A DNA stretch of 64,000 nucleotides. Source: an uncultured Terrimonas sp. GTDB taxonomy: Bacteria; Bacteroidota; Bacteroidia; Chitinophagales; Chitinophagaceae. The stretch lies in NCBI GenBank assembly GCA_964450515.1, contig CAYVEI010000001.1, positions 12,885 through 76,884 on the forward strand. Direction: 5' to 3'. Of the stretch, positions 52,999-58,604 are shown in pieces; positions within the stretch are counted from its first letter, which is position 1; the number at the start of each line of letters is the position of its first letter. Under the pieces are notes generated by a model, which saw only the letters and a program-made list of their open reading frames with translations, made no database searches and was not told the DNA's origin. A program made the translations under genes and the position numbers.

Positions 52999-53718
52999 TC
53001 AGATCGCCGGCTTTTCAAATAAAGAGAAATGCCGCATCGCTTCTATTATGCCGCCTGCGCCCTCTTCCTTTGCATGGTATATACCAGGCAGGCCTGCCGT
53101 TGCTTCCATTAAGCCCGGTTCCGCATTGCCCACTACAACCCCTTTGTATCCTGTTGTAAATAAAGACAGGTCGTTAAAGGTATCGCCTGCCACCAGAATA
53201 TTTTCAGCGGTAAAATGATATTTTTTGGCCAACAACTGCAGGCTGTATCCTTTGTTAATGCCTTTGGGTAATACATCGGCAAACTTTCCGGCAGACAATA
53301 CCAGGTCGCAGTTCAATTGCTCCACCTTTTCCTTTAAATCGTCAATATCTGTATGCGCATTAAAAAAATAGGAGCAGCGCCGTTGCTGCGGCACCTCCTG
53401 CGGGGCCAGGCCTTTCACGCCAGACAATAAATCGGCTACCTGTTTCTTTCCCGGCCATCTTTCTTCAATCAATGATTGAATGGGCTCAAGGGGTTCAAGC
53501 GAATTGCCAGTTACAATAGTGGCGCCCACATCACAAATAATAAAATCAGGCCTGGGCATTAACGGCTCTTCAAAAAGGGGTACAATGGTTGCCAGTCCTC
53601 TGCCGCTAACGAAAACAAGCTGAAGCGTTTTATGACTGTTTATTATCCGGTACAGTGCTGACCGCTGTGCAGGGTCTCCGCCTAAAAAAGTGCCGTCTAA
53701 ATCTGTAGCCAGTAACAT
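52999..53718 (-). CDS. HAD-IIB family sugar-phosphate phosphatase-like hydrolase
   Basis: Motif I ATDLDGTF and motif IV GDTFNDLS. 239 aa. Confidence 0.65.
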   Translation of the reverse strand: MLLATDLDGTFLGGDPAQRSALYRIINSHKTLQLVFVSGRGLATIVPLFEEPLMPRPDFIICDVGATIVTGNSLEPLEPIQSLIEERWPGKKQVADLLSGVKGLAPQEVPQQRRCSYFFNAHTDIDDLKEKVEQLNCDLVLSAGKFADVLPKGINKGYSLQLLAKKYHFTAENILVAGDTFNDLSLFTTGYKGVVVGNAEPGLMEATAGLPGIYHAKEEGAGGIIEAMRHFSLFEKPAI

Positions 53719-53756
53719 TATTTTTTTATTTTTTATTAACGGATATTGTTCTGTAA

Positions 53757-56192
53757 TTAGCGTTTCAGCCCTCCCAGCAATCCACCGATCAATTGTAATG
53801 CCTTTTCTATTACCTGCTCATCACCCACAGGTATTTTTAAATAGGTTTGCCCGGAAACCTTATCCTTTTCCGTTAGCTTGCTAACCAGTTGCTTTGTGCT
53901 TTCGGGGTTACTGAGCGATTTTGCCAGTTGTTCAAAAAAGGAAACGCCTGTTTGAATGATCTGGTCTTCGGCAGATAGGGTTTTTATCTTTTCCTGTTCC
54001 GGCTCACGCACGCTGTCTGTTATTTCACGGGCAAACAATTCCATTTGCGCGGGTGCGGTGGTCATTTCTTTCTCCGCATTTCTTTCCGCATTTTCTGACG
54101 CAGATTGTTCCGTTGCGCCGGGTATGCCGCCGGTAACCGATTCTACCGATTGCATAAACCGGTTGAACTTTTGTCCGCCCAGGAAAATCGTATTATCGCC
54201 ATCATCTAATATACCTGCGGCCACTCCTTTTTTAAATTTCAACACTTCCAGCATCCTTTCTTCAATGGTTCCTTTGGCCACGAGATTAATAACGCTTACG
54301 TTTCTCTTTTGCCCCAAACGATAGATGCGGCCAATGCGTTGCTCTAATATGGCCGGGTTCCAGGGAATATCCAGGTTGATTATACAGGAAGCGGCTTGCA
54401 GGTTTAGTCCTACCCCGCCGGCATCGGTTGAAAGAAACACCCTGCAATCAGGATCATTATTGAAATGTGTAAACAAAGCCTGCCTGTTTTTACCGGGTAC
54501 GCCCCCGTGAAGGTACTGATGCCTGATCCCTTTGTTCGTAAGCATTTGCGACACCAGCCTCGTCATCCGCTCCCATTGGCTGAATACTACTACTTTTTCT
54601 TCCTTCATGTCAATGATCTCATCTAATATATTTTCCAGCTCGTCTAACTTGGTTTGATAATTGGTTTCCTGGTCAATGATATAGGTGCTGTTGCAAACCA
54701 TACGCATCATGTTCAGGTTGTTCAGCAGCCGCTGCCTGTCTTCTTCCTTCAGGAATTTCATTCTTTTCCACTTATGCACCAATTTGGCCACGATCTCCCT
54801 GAACCCGTCATGCATTTGCATTTGCTCGTCAGTTATGGGGATAAGCAGGTTTTTATCCATGCGGGAAGGCAATTCTTTCAGCACTTCTTTTTTGGTGCGC
54901 CGCAGCATTACCTCTTTTAGCAGTCCGCCAATTTTATTAAGCTCTTTATATCCGGTAACTTTTCCGGTATCATCTGTTATCTGGTGCTGGTGTAAAAAAT
55001 GGTGAAGCGATCCCAGTAAATAAGGATTAACAATTTGCATCAGGGAATACAGCTCTTCAATATTATTTTCTACGGGCGTGCCGGTAAGCACCAAAGCATA
55101 AGGTGTTTTAATGCGTTTGATCCTGGCGGAGGTTTTTGCCCGCCAGTTCTTTATACGTTGCGCTTCATCCAATATCAGCATGTCGGCCTGCATTTCGTTC
55201 AGGTAGCCATAATCGTTAGCCGCCACATTATAGCTTACAATAAAATAATCGTACGCCTCGCTGGCGTATAGCTTCATCCGCGTGATAAGGTTCCCTTCTA
55301 CCACGCATATTTTTTTATTCTCTGTGAATCTTTCAATTTCGCTTTTCCATTGGTATTTCAATGATGTGGGGCAAACGATAATGGTTTTGGCGATCTTACA
55401 GTCGCGCCGCATTATTTCCGCGGCAGAGATGGCCTGCAGGGTTTTGCCCAAACCCATATCGTCGGCAAGTATACAACGGCCGGCGGCTACGCTGAATAAT
55501 ACACCCGTTTGCTGGTAAGGGAACAGCTTTACTTTACTTACACCATTCAATAATCGTATACCTTCTTTTTGTACCAGTTGCCTGCGTTGCATAAAGCCCC
55601 GTTCCTGCAGTATGAATTCCAGCGCGTCGTCATAACAGCGGAAGCCGTTGTTCAACTTTGAAGCTTTTACAAGAAACTGTTCGATATGCATTAACGCTTC
55701 CGGTTTCAACATACCTTTCTCATTAAAGTAGGGCCCGGCGAGCAGGGTAAATTTCTTCTTTTCCTCCGTACCTATCCGGAGCCTGACACTTCTTTGCCCG
55801 CGGTAATTAAGATATACTGAAGTATAGGCCGGAGCATACGCCTGCTGCAATGCCCGGCACAGAGCGGGCTTAGCATTTATTTTTAGCAGCACTGCTTCTA
55901 TATGCTTGCAGGTGCCCAACTGGTTGGTCTTAAAATCGGGACAGGTGCAAAAGTTCAGGCTGATGCCGGCGCTGCGCAAAGCTACCTTGTATGTGCTTTT
56001 AGATTGAGCGCTGTATACGTTGTAATCTCCGTACACCAGGCCTTCATCTAATTTTTTTATGGTAAATTTTTCTTCCTCTGCTATTTGTTTCCGCAAGGCA
56101 GCCTGCCATTCCTCATTGGTCAGGCTTTCGGGTTTACGGGTATGGGATATTCTTGCTTTTGCAGGTTTCTTTTTTGGGGCAGTTTTTCGCAT
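53757..56192 (-). CDS. SNF2-family helicase with an N-terminal SWIM zinc finger
   Basis: SWIM CTCPDFKTNQLGTCKHIEAV. SNF2 motif I LADDMGLGKT and motif II DEAQRIKN. Helicase-C QRIGRIYRLGQ. Confidence 0.85.
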   Translation of the reverse strand: MRKTAPKKKPAKARISHTRKPESLTNEEWQAALRKQIAEEEKFTIKKLDEGLVYGDYNVYSAQSKSTYKVALRSAGISLNFCTCPDFKTNQLGTCKHIEAVLLKINAKPALCRALQQAYAPAYTSVYLNYRGQRSVRLRIGTEEKKKFTLLAGPYFNEKGMLKPEALMHIEQFLVKASKLNNGFRCYDDALEFILQERGFMQRRQLVQKEGIRLLNGVSKVKLFPYQQTGVLFSVAAGRCILADDMGLGKTLQAISAAEIMRRDCKIAKTIIVCPTSLKYQWKSEIERFTENKKICVVEGNLITRMKLYASEAYDYFIVSYNVAANDYGYLNEMQADMLILDEAQRIKNWRAKTSARIKRIKTPYALVLTGTPVENNIEELYSLMQIVNPYLLGSLHHFLHQHQITDDTGKVTGYKELNKIGGLLKEVMLRRTKKEVLKELPSRMDKNLLIPITDEQMQMHDGFREIVAKLVHKWKRMKFLKEEDRQRLLNNLNMMRMVCNSTYIIDQETNYQTKLDELENILDEIIDMKEEKVVVFSQWERMTRLVSQMLTNKGIRHQYLHGGVPGKNRQALFTHFNNDPDCRVFLSTDAGGVGLNLQAASCIINLDIPWNPAILEQRIGRIYRLGQKRNVSVINLVAKGTIEERMLEVLKFKKGVAAGILDDGDNTIFLGGQKFNRFMQSVESVTGGIPGATEQSASENAERNAEKEMTTAPAQMELFAREITDSVREPEQEKIKTLSAEDQIIQTGVSFFEQLAKSLSNPESTKQLVSKLTEKDKVSGQTYLKIPVGDEQVIEKALQLIGGLLGGLKR

Positions 56193-56386
56193 GTGTATTA
56201 TAAATAGGGGAATGATAAAATGTAAATATAAAGGGATGAAATTAGCACGGATAAAGCGTTTACCGGCGGCTATTAATTAACAATTCTTCCACTTCTTTTC
56301 ATTTGTTTGAGCATGGTTTAAAAAAAATATCTTCAAAAAATTTGCACTATCAAAAAAATAGCTCAACCTTTGCATCGCAAAATAAA

Positions 56387-56506
56387 ATGATAAACAGCAT
56401 CACATGCATCAGACAGCGCAAAAAATTAAAACATCAGATTGGTTTAGCCATCGAGGCTATGATACCAGTTGCGGGGCATGTAATGCTGATGAATAAGTTC
56501 AAATAA
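56387..56506 (+). CDS. possible 39-aa small ORF (leader-peptide-like); coding status uncertain
   Basis: ATG at 56387, MINSITCIRQRKKLKHQIGLAIEAMIPVAGHVMLMNKFK. Its last third overlaps segment 1 of an alternative-pairing structure, and a terminator follows 20 nt later. Confidence 0.25.
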   Translation: MINSITCIRQRKKLKHQIGLAIEAMIPVAGHVMLMNKFK

Positions 56507-56555
56507 CGGATTCGATCAAATATACGCCCCGCAAGAGATTGCGGGGTTTTTGTTT
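56469..56555 (+). promoter_or_regulatory. attenuator-like arrangement: TTGCGGGGC (56469-56477) can pair with GCCCCGCAA (56526-56534), which otherwise forms the terminator stem
   Basis: Three mutually exclusive segments read directly from the sequence. Confidence 0.3.
56527..56555 (+). terminator. rho-independent terminator
   Basis: CCCCGCAA gaga TTGCGGGG followed by TTTTTGTTT. Confidence 0.65.
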
Positions 56556-56775
56556 CAGATGAATATTATATTTATAAAATAAAAATGCTGAAGACTTTAG
56601 AACATAAACAATTTACGATTCCAATGCGGAATATACAGCTATCATTATCTGTACGATATGGGTATGTGCAGGCCAACAACAGCAATGTGCCTGCAGGCCA
56701 TGAAGAGGACAGCAAACATACGCGACCGTGGTATAACTATACATAACCTGTATTGAACAGGCATAATGAAAAGGG

Positions 56776-56808
56776 ACCCGGTCGCAGCAAACGACCGGGT
56801 TTTTTGTT
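56776..56808 (+). terminator. rho-independent terminator
   Basis: 9-bp stem ACCCGGTCG / CGACCGGGT with a 7-nt loop, followed by TTTTTGTTG. Confidence 0.65.
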
Positions 56809-56863
56809 GCTGCATATAAAAATAGCGGGTATAGGATCATATCCTTTCTCCATAAACAACAAT

Positions 56864-56936
56864 GATCTGTTCGTCTAATGGTTCAGGACACAAGGTTTTC
56901 ATTCTTGAAATACGGGTTCAACTCCCGTACAGATTA
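56864..56936 (+). tRNA. tRNA-Glu (anticodon TTC), AT-rich, G1-U72 wobble
   Basis: Hand-folded cloverleaf. Acceptor GATCTGT/ACAGATT, D arm GTCT-AATGGTTCA-GGAC, anticodon arm CAAGG-TTTTCAT-TCTTG, T arm ACGGG-TTCAACT-CCCGT. No encoded CCA. Confidence 0.8.
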
Positions 56937-56939
56937 CAA

Positions 56940-57011
56940 GGTTCGTTGGTGTAACGGCTAACATCACAGATTGTCGATCTGTTGCTATGGGTTCGATTCC
57001 CGTACGAACCG
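56940..57011 (+). tRNA. tRNA-Asp (anticodon GTC)
   Basis: Acceptor GGTTCGT/ACGAACC, D arm GTGT-AACGGCTA-ACAT, anticodon arm ACAGA-TTGTCGA-TCTGT, T arm ATGGG-TTCGATT-CCCGT. It starts 3 nt after the previous tRNA. Confidence 0.8.
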
Positions 57012-57019
57012 CTGAAGCT

Positions 57020-57092
57020 TATTGAGTGGTGTAATGGTTCAGCATGTCAGTTTTTGACACTGGCGGTTTTGGTTCGAATCCAAACTCAATAA
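57020..57092 (+). tRNA. tRNA-Gln (anticodon TTG), U1-A72
   Basis: Acceptor TATTGAG/CTCAATA, anticodon arm TCAGT-TTTTGAC-ACTGG, T arm TTTGG-TTCGAAT-CCAAA. Confidence 0.8.
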
Positions 57093-57097
57093 CGCAT

Positions 57098-57171
57098 GTT
57101 GACTTCAGCTTATGCGCTAAAGCGCCACACTGTGAATGTGGAGAATTAGCGTTGGAATCTCGAAGTCAACC
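57098..57171 (+). tRNA. tRNA-His-like (anticodon GTG) with a degenerate T arm; possibly a pseudo-tRNA
   Basis: 8-bp-capable acceptor GTTGACTT/AAGTCAAC, a possible G-1:C73 pair as in tRNA-His. D arm GCTT-ATGCGCTA-AAGC and a perfect anticodon arm CCACA-CTGTGAA-TGTGG. The T loop is TTGGAAT (G instead of C56) and the T stem TAGCG/CTCGA has 2 mismatches. Confidence 0.55.
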
Positions 57172-57197
57172 AATACTGCCTGGTGTAAAGGCAATAG

Positions 57198-57271
57198 TGG
57201 CCCGTAGCTCAATTGGCAAGAGTATCCGGCTTTTAACCGGAGGGTTCAGGGTTCGAATCCCTGCGGACCAA
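57198..57271 (+). tRNA. tRNA-Lys (anticodon TTT), U1-A72 with a C4-A69 mismatch
   Basis: Acceptor TGGCCCG/CGGACCA, D arm GCTC-AATTGGCAA-GAGT, anticodon arm TCCGG-CTTTTAA-CCGGA, T arm CAGGG-TTCGAAT-CCCTG. Confidence 0.75.
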
Positions 57272-57275
57272 CGAT

Positions 57276-57347
57276 GGACGAATAGCTCCAATGGCAGAGC
57301 ATTGGTTTGAAGCACCAACTGTGCTGGTTCGAATCCGGCTTCGTCCA
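57276..57347 (+). tRNA. tRNA-Phe (anticodon GAA)
   Basis: Acceptor GGACGAA/TTCGTCC, D arm GCTC-CAATGGCA-GAGC, anticodon arm TTGGT-TTGAAGC-ACCAA, T arm GCTGG-TTCGAAT-CCGGC. Confidence 0.85.
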
Positions 57348-57384
57348 CAGATAAGAAGATTTTAAATACCTGTTAAGGAAGAAA

Positions 57385-57870
57385 ATGGAACAACAGCAAA
57401 AATGGAGGAAGTTATCCGGCGAAAGCGTTCAACAGCCGATTGAAGATGAGATAAGAACTGTGATCATAAGAGAAAAAGAGATGGGACATGCTTTAAAAAT
57501 CTGCATTGGCACCGACAGCCAGGTAAAGGGACGGGAAACTGAATTTGCGACTGTTATTGTGTTCATCCGGAAAGGGAAAGGAGGGTTCATGTATATACAC
57601 AATGAGATCACTACACAAAAGATGAGCATCAAACAACGGATGCTGACTGAGGTAGGTAAGAGTATTGAAGTGGCTTATGCCCTGTGCAATATTTTTTCGC
57701 GGTACAGTGTGGATATGGAAGTGCATGCCGACATCAACACTAACCCCAGCTTTAAAAGTAATGCTGCTTTGAAGGAAGCAATGGGTTATATTATGGGAAT
57801 AGGATTTGCCTTTAAAGCAAAACCGGAGGCCTTTGCAAGCTCAAGCTGCGCGAATAAGGTGGTACAGTAG
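57385..57870 (+). CDS. YkuK/DUF458-family RNase H-fold protein
   Basis: 161 aa. The signature IGTDSQ is followed by a TxFATVIV strand (CIGTDSQVKGRETEFATVIVFIRKGKGG). The C-terminal ...ASSSCANKVVQ resembles the YkuK C-terminus as I remember it. It starts 37 nt after tRNA-Phe. Confidence 0.65.
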   Translation: MEQQQKWRKLSGESVQQPIEDEIRTVIIREKEMGHALKICIGTDSQVKGRETEFATVIVFIRKGKGGFMYIHNEITTQKMSIKQRMLTEVGKSIEVAYALCNIFSRYSVDMEVHADINTNPSFKSNAALKEAMGYIMGIGFAFKAKPEAFASSSCANKVVQ

Positions 57871-57875
57871 CAATT

Positions 57876-57908
57876 ATGGTTGCCAATCTTCCAAAGGTTG
57901 GCAACCAT
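57876..57908. repeat. palindromic hairpin element, copy 1 (ATGGTTGCCAA-tcttccaaagg-TTGGCAACCAT)
   Basis: 11-bp perfect stem, directly after the YkuK stop, with flanks ATT...TTT shared with copy 2. Confidence 0.8.
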
Positions 57909-58021
57909 TTCCAAATAGCAGAAAGTAAGCCATCAGGATTCGAAGGTAGCGTGAACAAAAAGCGTTCTTTAAAATATAATAAGTTCCTTCTTAATGGGAA
58001 GGCTTAAAAAGCTTGCTTAAC

Positions 58022-58175
58022 GGCAAGATGGGGAACCTGCGTGTTAGCAGCAAACCGGATGTGTGTTTTAAAAGCACTATAGTGCGGCGGTAGTAACCTG
58101 CCGTATGCTGTTGCAATAACATGTATTTCCCTCTATAACCTGTGGGTCAGGGGTTCGAGTCCCTTTCCTGCCTCA
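58022..58175 (+). ncRNA. long tRNA-like element X: canonical T arm and 3' acceptor strand, with a candidate 5' acceptor partner about 140 nt upstream
   Basis: T arm AGGGG-TTCGAGT-CCCTT (58149-58165). The 3' strand TCCTGCC (58166-58172) is followed by TCA. The best 5' partner is GGCAAGA (58022-28; 6 of 7 pairs). The interior has several short hairpins, e.g. CGGCGG-tagtaac-CCTGCCG at 58085-58103. The fold is not resolved by hand. Confidence 0.4.
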
Positions 58176-58238
58176 GGCGGGATAGCTCAGCGGTTAGAGC
58201 AACAGGCAATTGCGGGTTCGAATCCCGCTCCCGCCTCA
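58176..58238 (+). ncRNA. tRNA-like element Y lacking the anticodon arm (acceptor + D arm + T arm only)
   Basis: Acceptor GGCGGGA/TCCCGCC is perfect. D arm GCTC-AGCGGTTA-GAGC and T arm GCGGG-TTCGAAT-CCCGC. Only 11 nt (AACAGGCAATT, 58201-58211) join the D and T arms where a tRNA has about 22-23 nt. A TCA tail follows. Confidence 0.6.
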
Positions 58239-58302
58239 GGCGGGATAGTTCAATGGTAGAACACAACACTTCGGATGTTGAGTAAAGAAGTACACTGCTT
58301 CT
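58239..58302 (+). ncRNA. tRNA-like element Z: 5' acceptor strand, D arm, anticodon-like arm and a non-canonical T-like hairpin, but no 3' acceptor strand
   Basis: GGCGGGA, then TA, then GTTC-AATGGTA-GAAC, then CAACA-CTTCGGA-TGTTG (nominal anticodon TCG; the loop can close as a C(UUCG)G tetraloop). Next comes AGAAG-TACACTG-CTTCT, followed by CAAAAAA instead of TCCCGCC. Confidence 0.45.
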
Positions 58303-58604
58303 CAAAAAATGGTGACGAATTAAAGTGAGGGTTATTTATCGGCCGGACTGCTTAAGTAAATATGCCGTAAGCATATATGCGACAGCAGTACGGCAACTGA
58401 TCTATCGCCAGTGTGCTATGCCAGTTGTAATGAGCGACAAAACACTTTTTTATCTGGGTTCTTTGCCTGCGGGCAGTGAAAGATAAAAAACTGCCTTGTC
58501 TAACATCACAGCGCTTAATGCCCGCTATACAAAGTGATAAATAATCCTGACTTTAATATTAAGCAAGGAAGATTTTAATATAGTAACAGTTAAAAGAGAA
58601 GAAG

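Noticed and set aside
56303-56386. TTG-start 67-aa version of the small ORF at 56303..56506
   Set aside because: The upstream 28 codons have no support. Only the ATG-initiated 39-codon version is kept, and even that only as a low-confidence possibility.
56613-56840. 75-aa minus-strand ORF
   Set aside because: It spans a + strand intrinsic terminator hairpin, is Cys- and His-rich with odd composition, and has no context supporting minus-strand transcription.
57044-57348. ORFs 57044..57310 (+) and 57166..57348 (-)
   Set aside because: They lie entirely over the tRNA-Gln, His-like, Lys and Phe genes, so they are translation artefacts.
58022-58175. Possibility that element X is a tmRNA or a long-variable-arm tRNA (Ser/Leu/Tyr/Sec)
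   Set aside because: At about 150 nt it is far shorter than a tmRNA, and I found no tag-ORF or pseudoknot layout. It is far longer than class II tRNAs, and no 5' acceptor strand lies at the class II distance.
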